Source of the DNA: Candidatus Acidiferrales bacterium
GTDB taxonomy: Bacteria; Acidobacteriota; Terriglobia; Bryobacterales; Bryobacteraceae
Reading direction: 5' to 3'
Assembly (NCBI GenBank): GCA_035499435.1
Contig: DATJYW010000041.1
Location: 4,175 to 68,174, forward strand
Length of the DNA: 64,000 bases
A program made the translations under genes and the position numbers. Positions 54,707 through 63,510 of this stretch are shown piece by piece. Position 1 is the first letter of the stretch; each line of letters begins with the position of its first letter. The notes below the pieces were generated by a model. That model saw only the letters and a list, made by a program, of their open reading frames with translations, did not search any database and had not been told where the DNA came from.

Positions 54707-55291
54707 TTGCGCCTGACGGCGGCGCTGGCGTGCGGCATCCTGTTGGGCTGCTCCTCCGCGCCAAAGCCGGCCGCGCCGCCGGCAAAGACCGTCGAACCGG
54801 TACGCATTACGCAGTTCTACTCCACCACTCCCCAGGTGCCGCGCGGCGAGAAAGGCACTGTCTGCTACGGCGTGGAGAACGCGAAGTCGGTGTGGCTCTC
54901 GCCTCCGAAGCGCGAGCTTTCTGCGTCCCTTGCGCGCTGCGTGGAAGTCGAGCCGGTGGGCAAGACGACATATACTTTGACCGCCGAGGGCGCGGACGGC
55001 AAGACAGTGACCGGACAACTGGAGCTCGGGTCCGGGCCGGCGCGGGTACACATCATCAATGTGGACATCAGCGCCGCGGAGATTGCGGCGGGCGGCGTGG
55101 CCAGCATCTGCTACAAGGTGGAGAACGCGCACTCGGTGACGATTTCACCGGCAAATTTCCGTGCGACGACGCAGAATGGCTGCACTGTCGTCCAGCCGGC
55201 GAAGACCACCACTTATACGGTCACGGCGACGGGCGCGGGCGGGGATAAGGACGAAGAGAAGGTCACGATCAAGATAGACGGCGGAAAGTAG
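54707..55291 (+). CDS. Lipoprotein with two Ig-like repeats
   Basis: TTG start immediately after the preceding TAG. Lipobox LLGC. There is an internal duplication: ITQFYSTTP...GTVCYGVENAKSVWLSP...TTYTLTAEGADG versus IINVDISAAE...ASICYKVENAHSVTISP...TTYTVTATGAGG. Confidence 0.5.
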   Translation: MRLTAALACGILLGCSSAPKPAAPPAKTVEPVRITQFYSTTPQVPRGEKGTVCYGVENAKSVWLSPPKRELSASLARCVEVEPVGKTTYTLTAEGADGKTVTGQLELGSGPARVHIINVDISAAEIAAGGVASICYKVENAHSVTISPANFRATTQNGCTVVQPAKTTTYTVTATGAGGDKDEEKVTIKIDGGK

Positions 55292-55336
55292 TCTCGCCCG
55301 CATTCCTGTAATAAGATTGATGGACATCGAGGGGCA

Positions 55337-58081
55337 GTGAACGAAGAACTTAGCCGCCGGGCCGAAGAACTCCGCCATGCCGCTTTGAAGCGGGCGCCGG
55401 AGTCGCGCGGAGCCTTTCTCGACGGGGCTTGCGGCGGAGACAGCAACCTGCGGCAGTTGGTCGAAACGCTGATCTCGAAGGAAGAGCACGGCGGCGGCTC
55501 CCTGGTCGGCCGGCAGTTCGGACCGTATCGGATCGTGTCCCTGCTGGGCGCCGGTGGCATGGGTGAGGTATACCGCGCATACGATAGCAAGCTGGACCGC
55601 GACGTCGCCGTCAAGACCCTCCCTGCCGACCTGGCGCGCCACCCGGACCGGTTGGCGCGCTTCCGCCGCGAGGCGCGCACCCTGGCGTCGCTGAACCACC
55701 CCAACATTGCCATGATCCACGGTTTGGAAGAGTCCGCGGACGTGGACTGCCTGGTGCTCGAACTGGTGGAGGGCGAGACGCTTAGCGGTCCGCTGCCGAT
55801 CGCGATCGCGCTCGACCGCGCTGCACAGGTGACAGAGGCCCTGGAAGCGGCCCACGAGAAGGGGGTCATTCACCGCGACTTGAAACCGGCCAATGTCAAG
55901 GTCACCCCGCAGGGCAGGGTGAAGGTGCTGGATTTCGGGCTGGCGAAGGCGATCCAGGAAACCGAGGGAAGTTCGGATCCCTCCGAGACGGCGACCCTGT
56001 CGGGCGTCGGCACAATCGTGGGGCACATCGTCGGCACACCGGGATACATGAGCCCGGAGCAGGCGCGCGGGAACGACGTGGATCAGCGGACGGACATCTG
56101 GGCCTTCGGCTGTCTCCTGTACGAGCTGCTGACGGGCCGGCAGGCGTTCTCGGGCAACACGACCCTGGACACGATCGCCGCTGTGCTGGAGCGTGAACCG
56201 GACTGGCAGGCGCTTCCGGCAAGGGCACCCGCGAAGATCCGCGAGCTGGTACGCCAGTGTCTGCAGAAGGATGCCAGCCGCCGTCTGGGCAGCATCGCGG
56301 AGGCGAAAAGAACCATCGAAGAAGTTCGCAGCGCGCGAAGCCACCGGCCTGTCGTAGCTCTCGCGGCCGCGGGGCTGGCGCTGGTCGCGGCTGGCGCGGT
56401 TTTCTGGCCGCGCGGCCCGGCGCGCCCGCCGGACCGTTCGGAGTGGGTTCCACTGACCAAGTTTCCCGATCCCGTGAGCCAGCCGGCGTTTTCGCCGGAC
56501 GGACGAATGCTCGCGTTCGTGCGCGGTCCGCGGACCACCCAGGGGCTGGGCCAGATCTACGTGAAACAACTGCCGGATGGCGAGCCGTTGCAACTGACTC
56601 ACGACAACCTACGGAAGGAGTCGCCGACTTTTTCGCCGGATGGCGCGCGCGTGGCATACAGCGTGGTAGACGCGCAGTTCAGCCATCAGACCTGGATTGT
56701 GCCGGTGACTGGAGGAGAGCCGCGGCCGTGGTTTCGTGATGCGTCGGGACTCACGTGGGCGGGGCCGCACTTCCTGCTGTTCTCTGCGATCAAGGTGACC
56801 AATCCCATGGGGATCATGGCCGCCCGGGAGGACCGTACCGGCGAGCGCGACGTCTACATTCCCCGGAATTCCCGCGGCATGGCCACTCGATCCCGGGCAT
56901 CGCCGGACGGGAAATGGGTGCTGGTGGCCGAATTCAATGCGTACGGCAATTGGGACCGGTGCCGTGTGGTTCCGATGGATGGCAGTTCGGAAGGCCGGCA
57001 GGTGGGACCGCCGGGTGCTCCGTGCAGTTCCGGCGCGTGGTCGCGCGACGGCAAGTGGGTGTATGTCGCATCCAAGGCGGGAGGGCTCTATCACATCTGG
57101 CGGCAGCGGTTTCCCGAGGGCGAACCGCAGCAGTTTACCTCGGGCATGACCGAGGAGGAAGGGATCGCGATGGCGCCGGATGGCCGCTCCCTGGTCACCG
57201 CGGTCACACTGGAAAACTCCACCCTCTGGATTCACGATGCCCGCGGCGAGCGCCAGATTTCGGTGCTGGAAGGCAACGCCACCGAGCCGAAATTCTCGCC
57301 GGACGGCAAAAAGCTCTACTACCGGATTGTAAAGGCGGTCGAGGCCGTCGGAACCCGGAGGGATCCGGGCGAGGTCTGGGCCGCCGACGTGGAGTCCGGG
57401 CATTCGGAGCGCATTGCGCCGGGTTTGGAGCCGCTCGTGTTCGACATCTCCGGCGACGGCAAGCTGGTGGCGATGGACGTCCAGGACGGTGAAGGCAAGT
57501 CGCACCTTTGGCTGGCGCCGGTGGACCGGAGTTGGCCGCCCCGGCAGATCTCCGATCTCGAAGGCCACTGGCCCCTCTTCGGCCCGGGCGGCGACATCTT
57601 CTTCCGGCGGGTGGAAGGACCGTCTTCATTCATATACCGCATCCACCCGGACGGGACCGGATTGCAGAAGATGCTGGAGCGGGAGGTATTCCATGCGGGC
57701 GGGGTCTCGCCGGACGGGCGATGGCTCCGGATCTGGGCGCCCTATCCGGGTATGTCCAGCTCGGCGACGCAACTGGTCCCGCTGGATGGAGGCCGCACGA
57801 TCGTGGTTGGCAGCAACACGAAAATGCAGTGGTCTTCGAGCGGCGATTTTCTGTGGATTTCCGCCGGGGCGGTTCCCGACGGGCGGACCTACATGGTTCC
57901 GCTGCGGGGCGGGAAGCTACCGCCGATCCCGGAGGGCGGATTCCATTCCGAAGCGGAAATCGCGGCACTGCCGGGAGCGCGCCGCCTGGATGTCGATGGA
58001 GCGCCCGGCCCATCCGCGGACATCTACGCTTTCGAGCGCCACACGATCCAGCGGAATCTGTACCGCATCCCGATTCCCTAA
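55337..58081 (+). CDS. Ser/Thr protein kinase with TM helix and periplasmic TolB-like beta-propeller
   Basis: GxGxxG LLGAGGMGEVY, catalytic loop HRDLKPANVKV, then DFGLA and GTPGYMSPE. TM helix VVALAAAGLALVAAGAVFW. The C-terminal part has repeated SPDG blades. Confidence 0.85.
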   Translation: MNEELSRRAEELRHAALKRAPESRGAFLDGACGGDSNLRQLVETLISKEEHGGGSLVGRQFGPYRIVSLLGAGGMGEVYRAYDSKLDRDVAVKTLPADLARHPDRLARFRREARTLASLNHPNIAMIHGLEESADVDCLVLELVEGETLSGPLPIAIALDRAAQVTEALEAAHEKGVIHRDLKPANVKVTPQGRVKVLDFGLAKAIQETEGSSDPSETATLSGVGTIVGHIVGTPGYMSPEQARGNDVDQRTDIWAFGCLLYELLTGRQAFSGNTTLDTIAAVLEREPDWQALPARAPAKIRELVRQCLQKDASRRLGSIAEAKRTIEEVRSARSHRPVVALAAAGLALVAAGAVFWPRGPARPPDRSEWVPLTKFPDPVSQPAFSPDGRMLAFVRGPRTTQGLGQIYVKQLPDGEPLQLTHDNLRKESPTFSPDGARVAYSVVDAQFSHQTWIVPVTGGEPRPWFRDASGLTWAGPHFLLFSAIKVTNPMGIMAAREDRTGERDVYIPRNSRGMATRSRASPDGKWVLVAEFNAYGNWDRCRVVPMDGSSEGRQVGPPGAPCSSGAWSRDGKWVYVASKAGGLYHIWRQRFPEGEPQQFTSGMTEEEGIAMAPDGRSLVTAVTLENSTLWIHDARGERQISVLEGNATEPKFSPDGKKLYYRIVKAVEAVGTRRDPGEVWAADVESGHSERIAPGLEPLVFDISGDGKLVAMDVQDGEGKSHLWLAPVDRSWPPRQISDLEGHWPLFGPGGDIFFRRVEGPSSFIYRIHPDGTGLQKMLEREVFHAGGVSPDGRWLRIWAPYPGMSSSATQLVPLDGGRTIVVGSNTKMQWSSSGDFLWISAGAVPDGRTYMVPLRGGKLPPIPEGGFHSEAEIAALPGARRLDVDGAPGPSADIYAFERHTIQRNLYRIPIP

Positions 58082-59178
58082 GCCGGCAGATCAGCCGGCC
58101 CAGCGGCCTCGCTCGTCCACCGTCTTCGCGCCCAGAATGGCGCCTCGGGCCAGCGGCATTCAAGCGAGTAATATTCGGAACGAGTGCGTAAGTATCCAGC
58201 GAAAGCTGCACGATTGTAGGCGTCGTACTGATACGAAGACTCCAACCGGCCGTCCAGTTGATCTAGGGCGGCGGACGCGGCCCTGGAAGCGCCTGTCAGC
58301 GAATGCACCAGACCAAGGCCGGAGAGTGGATCGAAGCTTTGGGCCGAATCTCCGGCTGCGAGCCAGCCGGGCAACGCGGTGTGCGTCCTGCATGTGGATG
58401 CAGCCGAAAACAAGCGGGAGTGCCGCGGGAACGCACCCACCCGCGCCCGGGTGAGCGGGGCGTTCGAGAGTTGCCGGTCCAGGTAGGCGGAGGTGCGCGA
58501 GCGGCCGTCGGCGTATAGGCAGGCGTCGGTCGTGAAGGTGACCATGTAGCTGCCGCCGGGCAGGAGAGCGGAATAGAACCATCCGGCTTCAGTCGCTTCG
58601 ATCAGGGTGTAGTCGCTCGTCTGGCCGCACGGTGGTGCAACACCCGCGACGGCGATCAGGTGGTCTTGCATCGTGCGCGCGGGCAACCCGGGGATTCCGC
58701 GCGTGCCTCGGCCCGCGGCGTCGATCAGGACCCGGCACCTGAAGGTCGCGCCGGCCGCGGGTCGAATCTCCCAATGCGAGTGCGAACGGCCGCAGGCGAG
58801 GACGGTCGTGTCCGCGCAATACTTCGCGCCGGCCTCACCAGCGGCCGTTCCCAGGAGCCGGTTGAACGCTGCCCGGTCGATATGCCAACCGCTGCCGTAC
58901 GGAGAAAAGAGGAAATCGGTTACGGCGGGCTCCGCGCCGCCCCATGCGGATACGATGCCTGGAGCAGGCCGGTGGTTCTGGGCGAGAAAGGCGTCCAGCA
59001 GGCCCAACTCGGCCAGCACCGGCGAGGCTTGCGGAGGCAGCGTTTCACCGACACAGAACGGGCCCGGCCGGGATTTGTCCAGGACGGCGACCCGGCAGCC
59101 GGCACGAGCCAGCCGGATCGCGGCAGTACATCCTGCCGGCCCGCCGCCGATTACGACTACATCGAAACCGGCCTCCAC
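58078..59178 (-). CDS. LodB/GoxB-like FAD-dependent oxidoreductase (putative CTQ maturation flavoprotein)
   Basis: 366 aa. FAD fold DVVVIGGGPAGCTAAIRLARAGCRVAVLDK and C-terminal WLAAGDSAQSFDPLSGLG. It starts 1 nt after the stop of the lodA-like gene, the same order as the Marinomonas lodAB operon. Confidence 0.6.
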   Translation of the reverse strand: MEAGFDVVVIGGGPAGCTAAIRLARAGCRVAVLDKSRPGPFCVGETLPPQASPVLAELGLLDAFLAQNHRPAPGIVSAWGGAEPAVTDFLFSPYGSGWHIDRAAFNRLLGTAAGEAGAKYCADTTVLACGRSHSHWEIRPAAGATFRCRVLIDAAGRGTRGIPGLPARTMQDHLIAVAGVAPPCGQTSDYTLIEATEAGWFYSALLPGGSYMVTFTTDACLYADGRSRTSAYLDRQLSNAPLTRARVGAFPRHSRLFSAASTCRTHTALPGWLAAGDSAQSFDPLSGLGLVHSLTGASRAASAALDQLDGRLESSYQYDAYNRAAFAGYLRTRSEYYSLECRWPEAPFWARRRWTSEAAGPADLPA

Positions 59179-59179
59179 C

Positions 59180-60748
59180 TCACCCTCTCTGGGTCTCTTC
59201 GTAGCGTCCGTTGGATTCGACGAGGAAGCCCAGCTTGCTCCATCCGGTGAGGATCTGGTCGATGGACATATCGCCCGTGTCCGTGTCGGCGAAGCGCCCC
59301 CATGGGACGTACGTATTCGATCCGGGTTTCAGGACATTCAGAGGCCGCTGGGCGGGCCACCAGACTAGCTCGTCGCCGGCATTGCCGCTTTCGGCGGCGC
59401 AGTCGAGGAAGTCCGACTGCCAGGGCAGCGACATCTGGCTGGTCACATCGCCCGGGTTCATCCGGGAGGAATCCAGACGAAATGGCTCGACGAACGGGAA
59501 GACGTCACGAATCTTCCAACTGGCTTCGATACCAGGATAAAAAGCGGCGCCCACACACGCGTCCAGGGCGGCTCTGGTCAGGCCATCCGGCGTAATCGGA
59601 TCGGCGGGAGAGGGAGCCGTGCCGGGAACCGAGGATCCGGCGGCCCACTGCTGTACCATTTTGAATTGAATCCTGGTGAGCGTGCCGTTCGGGCCGTTCG
59701 GATAGAGATCCGACCACATCTTCGGCATATCGCCTCCACCAGTGCCGGGGTTGCCGGGTGTGGACGACGGAGTGGATAGCTTATCGAAGATACGGCTGCG
59801 AGCCGGCAGAGGCAGGTTGTTCAAAGAGCTGAGCGTGTGGTGGAAGGATGTCGCCGGGTTGAACTGTTGCCTGCCGCGCGCATAAACCCAACGCATATTA
59901 GCCGCGCGGGTCAATAGCGGCAGGATATCGGCGGCGATCGAGGGCTGAAAAGCCGGCTTATTGAACGGATCGAGCGAAGGGTCGCGATCGACCGCGGCCT
60001 GGAACAGCGTATCGTACAGTGTCACTACCACGTGAATGCCCGGCGCGAACTTGGGTGGCGCGCACAAGACCCATGCGCTCGCGACCAAAGGGGTCGAGCC
60101 GTCGTTGAGCCGGACCGTGGCGGTGACCACCCCATCGGCGACGTCATCGTACCAGCCGTCGTGGTTGGCAAAATTTCCGCCGTGAATCGACGTCCCGGTT
60201 GGGGACTTGGATTCGCCGTTGCCGGCGAGGACCAGCAGCCGCCCTTTGTCGTCGGTGGTTGCGGTACCGAGCGTGAGCTGAATGTGCTTACCAAGGAACT
60301 GCTGATCGATGCGGAATTCCTTCGCCAGGCCATTCGCCGCAGACTGGCCGAGATCTTCGAAATTGGGATTCGCTCCTGAAACCGAAACCGGGCCAGGGTC
60401 CAGCTTGAGCTGATCCCGGTTCGCGGTTACCGAAGGATTGCGCGGTCCGGGATTGGGCTCGGCTTTGCCGAAAAACTTGTCGGCGGCGGCCTTGGTATTG
60501 GCCACGTGGACGGTCCACGTGATGGATTGGGCGTTGTCCAAATTGATTTCGGTAGCGGCGCCGGCGGCATCGAAGCCGTAGATGCGGAAGCGCGCCGCCT
60601 GCCGCTTGATTAAGCCATTGGCATCACGGAAACCGCCGGACGGCACGTCGGGATCTGCCGGCCGTTCGGGGCCAATGAAATACCCGGACGGGCTGTTGCC
60701 AAGGCGGGCAACGCCGATCGGTGGAAAGATCTTCACAGACTGAAACAT
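59180..60748 (-). CDS. LodA/GoxA-like quinoprotein amino-acid oxidase (short form)
   Basis: Start ATG 60748. The N-terminus MFQSVKIFPPIGVARLGNSPSGYFIGPE matches the hallmark I-x-P-x-IG-(I/V)-AR-x-GNS start of LodA-family proteins. The C-terminal block LPWQSDFLDCAAE...LVWWPAQRP offers Cys and Trp candidates for the CTQ cofactor. Confidence 0.65.
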   Translation of the reverse strand: MFQSVKIFPPIGVARLGNSPSGYFIGPERPADPDVPSGGFRDANGLIKRQAARFRIYGFDAAGAATEINLDNAQSITWTVHVANTKAAADKFFGKAEPNPGPRNPSVTANRDQLKLDPGPVSVSGANPNFEDLGQSAANGLAKEFRIDQQFLGKHIQLTLGTATTDDKGRLLVLAGNGESKSPTGTSIHGGNFANHDGWYDDVADGVVTATVRLNDGSTPLVASAWVLCAPPKFAPGIHVVVTLYDTLFQAAVDRDPSLDPFNKPAFQPSIAADILPLLTRAANMRWVYARGRQQFNPATSFHHTLSSLNNLPLPARSRIFDKLSTPSSTPGNPGTGGGDMPKMWSDLYPNGPNGTLTRIQFKMVQQWAAGSSVPGTAPSPADPITPDGLTRAALDACVGAAFYPGIEASWKIRDVFPFVEPFRLDSSRMNPGDVTSQMSLPWQSDFLDCAAESGNAGDELVWWPAQRPLNVLKPGSNTYVPWGRFADTDTGDMSIDQILTGWSKLGFLVESNGRYEETQRG

Positions 60749-60898
60749 GGCTCTCAAAGTTCCTTTCTTACGGAGAAAGAGATTTCCCCTCAGGTCGCTC
60801 ACCCTCAACGCGGGGGTTCTAATGACTATAACGAGCAATCTGAAGGAATGGGGAGCCGGACCCAAAAGAAAAGTCCGGGACAGTGGCTTCGGATTTCG

Positions 60899-63490
60899 TC
60901 AAAGATACCGCTGCACGCTTTCCCGGAAACGGGTGTAGACCCAGCTCACGCCCACGAGCAGCGCGCCCAGGACGATGAAGCTGAAGATGCGCGGTAGCGT
61001 ATCCAGATTGCGTAGGTCCCAGGCGAACAGCTTGGCGATGCAGCCGGCGAGCAGGGCGAGGCCGGAAAGCCGCAGGACGCGATCGCGCAGCGGGAATCCG
61101 GCGCCGAGCAGGGCCACGCCTTCCAGGCCCCAGGAGATGGTGAGCATGCTGCCGCTGACCTCGTGGTAGATGAGCGCGGCAGCCAGTCCGGCGGTTATCA
61201 GCGAATAGTAGAGGCGGTCCAGGGTGCCGCGCTCGCGTCGGAGCAGGATCGCGCCGTAAGCGGCAATCACCGGGATGACGCTCAGCATCACCTGCGCCGA
61301 CTCGAAGTCGACCACGGCGCAGCGTATAAACACCGCTGCGGCCACGATGATCGCCTGCACATTCAGGGCGCGCGGCCGAAACTCGGCCAGCGCAATCGCG
61401 GCCAACGCCCACGCGGGACTGATCGCGGCCTTGGGCAGGAGCGCCGCGAGGCCGGCCAGGAGGAACAGCGTGCCGGGGTAAGAGAACACGGCGGCGACAT
61501 GGCCGCGCTCCTCGTGCCGGGATCGATATGCCAGGAGATACGTCAGCGCGGCGGCGATCAGCGCGCGGCGGGTGTCCAGATCGAAGGCGAGAACGCGGAC
61601 CGCTCCCAGCAGGGCCATGAGCCACGCCTGCCAGCGGAACTCGCGGGGAAGATTCAGGAGTCCTGCTTCGAACAGCACAACGGCCAGCGCCAGCCAGCCG
61701 ATGCCGAGATAATCGCCGGGAACCAGCTTCCACATCAGCGCTCCTGACGCGATCGACGCGGCAAGCGACGCCACGAAGCGCACCGCATCGCGCTCCAGCT
61801 CATCGAAGCGGTCCGCGGCGGACCACAGGGTACACTGGACGAACGCATACGACACGGCGGCGCCGATGGCCAGGGCGACTGGCGGATGCGGCGAGAAGAT
61901 CGCCGTAGCAATGGCGCCTGCGATGGCGAGCGCGTAGCCTTGAAGACGGAAGTCCATCTGGCGGCGCCACCAGCCGAAGCCGAACGGAACCAGCGACATC
62001 ACGCTCCACACGCGGCCGCAGGTTTCGATCTTGGCTTCGAACCCGGAGACCAGCGCGGCCAGGCCCACCGCCGCGTAGCCGTAGGCCACATCGGCGGCGC
62101 GCAGTGCGCGGTTCAGGTAGAAGACCGCGGCGGTGGCGGCTGCGACCGGCTCCCACGTGTGCGGCGGAATGTGATTCACCTCGCCGATCACGAGCTGCCC
62201 GGTCTCGACCGCGAACAGGCAGGCAGCCATGCCGCGCAGCCAGCGCGAGCTCCAGCGCACTCCAGCCAGGTAGTAGATCTCGGCCAGTACGAGCAGGGCG
62301 AGCGGCACCCACTGGTCGTGCAGCTTGAGCAGAATGGCAGTGGCGGCGAGCGCGGCATTGAGCGTGACCGCCGGACGCCAGCGGTCCGAACGCACGCGCA
62401 GGACGGTGCTGGCCAGGTAGAGTACAGAGGCTCCGGCGGCGAGCTGCCAAATGTCGTTCGGGGCGGCGTGCTCCCATTTGCCAAGCGAGAGCGCCAGAAA
62501 TCCGAGGGCGTTCAGCGGAAGCAGCCACGGGTCGGCGCGCAGCAGGTCGAAAGTTTCGAAGAGGACCCAGTAAGCCAGGAACAGGCTCTGCGTCTGCCAG
62601 AGCGGCGCGCCAGTGTCCTTGTGGAGACCACAGGTGATGTAGGTGGCAACCAGGCCGAAGATGGCGAACCGCGCCCACTGGTTGCGCCACGCGACATAAA
62701 GCAGCGCGGCGGCCAGCGGGATCAGGGCGAGCACGGCGAAAGTGGTGACATCGCTGATCGCCAGGGTGAAGAACGCGATGAACGCGGCCAGCGCGGTGAC
62801 AGTTTGCGAGCGGTACTTGAGCGAGTGGGCGATCATGCCCAGCGCGACCACCAGCAGCAGCACGGTCGCGACAATCGCGGAATCGAGGATCTTAGCCGCG
62901 GGGACGCCGTACATCGCGTAGGTAGTGAGGTAGAGCGCGGCCCATCCGCCGCCGATCAGGCTATATCCGAAATTGCGAAAGCGCTCGCGCGTCTCCGACC
63001 AGACGCCTCCGCCGAGCATCAGCAGGCTGGTCGCGTAGCTGAGCGCGACGCGGCCGGCAGGGCCGACGTGAGTCCAGGCGTATTGGAGCAGGTAGGCAAG
63101 GCCGACGATGGCCACGAACACGCCGATCTTGTTCAGCCAGTTGCCGCCGATGACGACTTCCCAATCGGTGAGGGTGGGCGCAGGCGCGGGTGCTGCGGCT
63201 TCGGGCTGTGGAGCCGGGCGCGGCGGCGGCAAGACGGGCGGGGCCGGCTCCGGCCCCTCGATCGGCGGACCTAGCGCGGCTTCGCGCGCGGGCGTCGCGA
63301 TCGGCGGCTCCTGAGGTGCGGGCGCCGGTTTGGGCTCGGCGGCCGGACGGGTCCGCGCGTTCCACTCGACACGGCGGACAGCCGCGGTGAGTTCCTCGAT
63401 TCTGTTCTCCATCTGCTGCAAACGCTCGCGCAGATAGAGCCAGCGGATCAGGAGGATGACGATCAGGATGATGAACGTGCCTTCCATCAT
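60899..63490 (-). CDS. DUF2339 family polytopic membrane protein
   Basis: ATG 63490 after GAGGAGG. The layout is an N-terminal TM helix, a coiled-coil LQQMENRIEELTAAV, a Pro-rich linker, DWEVVIGGNWLNKIGVFVAIVGLAYLL, and then many TM helices. Confidence 0.7.
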   Translation of the reverse strand: MMEGTFIILIVILLIRWLYLRERLQQMENRIEELTAAVRRVEWNARTRPAAEPKPAPAPQEPPIATPAREAALGPPIEGPEPAPPVLPPPRPAPQPEAAAPAPAPTLTDWEVVIGGNWLNKIGVFVAIVGLAYLLQYAWTHVGPAGRVALSYATSLLMLGGGVWSETRERFRNFGYSLIGGGWAALYLTTYAMYGVPAAKILDSAIVATVLLLVVALGMIAHSLKYRSQTVTALAAFIAFFTLAISDVTTFAVLALIPLAAALLYVAWRNQWARFAIFGLVATYITCGLHKDTGAPLWQTQSLFLAYWVLFETFDLLRADPWLLPLNALGFLALSLGKWEHAAPNDIWQLAAGASVLYLASTVLRVRSDRWRPAVTLNAALAATAILLKLHDQWVPLALLVLAEIYYLAGVRWSSRWLRGMAACLFAVETGQLVIGEVNHIPPHTWEPVAAATAAVFYLNRALRAADVAYGYAAVGLAALVSGFEAKIETCGRVWSVMSLVPFGFGWWRRQMDFRLQGYALAIAGAIATAIFSPHPPVALAIGAAVSYAFVQCTLWSAADRFDELERDAVRFVASLAASIASGALMWKLVPGDYLGIGWLALAVVLFEAGLLNLPREFRWQAWLMALLGAVRVLAFDLDTRRALIAAALTYLLAYRSRHEERGHVAAVFSYPGTLFLLAGLAALLPKAAISPAWALAAIALAEFRPRALNVQAIIVAAAVFIRCAVVDFESAQVMLSVIPVIAAYGAILLRRERGTLDRLYYSLITAGLAAALIYHEVSGSMLTISWGLEGVALLGAGFPLRDRVLRLSGLALLAGCIAKLFAWDLRNLDTLPRIFSFIVLGALLVGVSWVYTRFRESVQRYL

Positions 63491-63510
63491 GGCGGTGACC
63501 TCCTCTCGGG

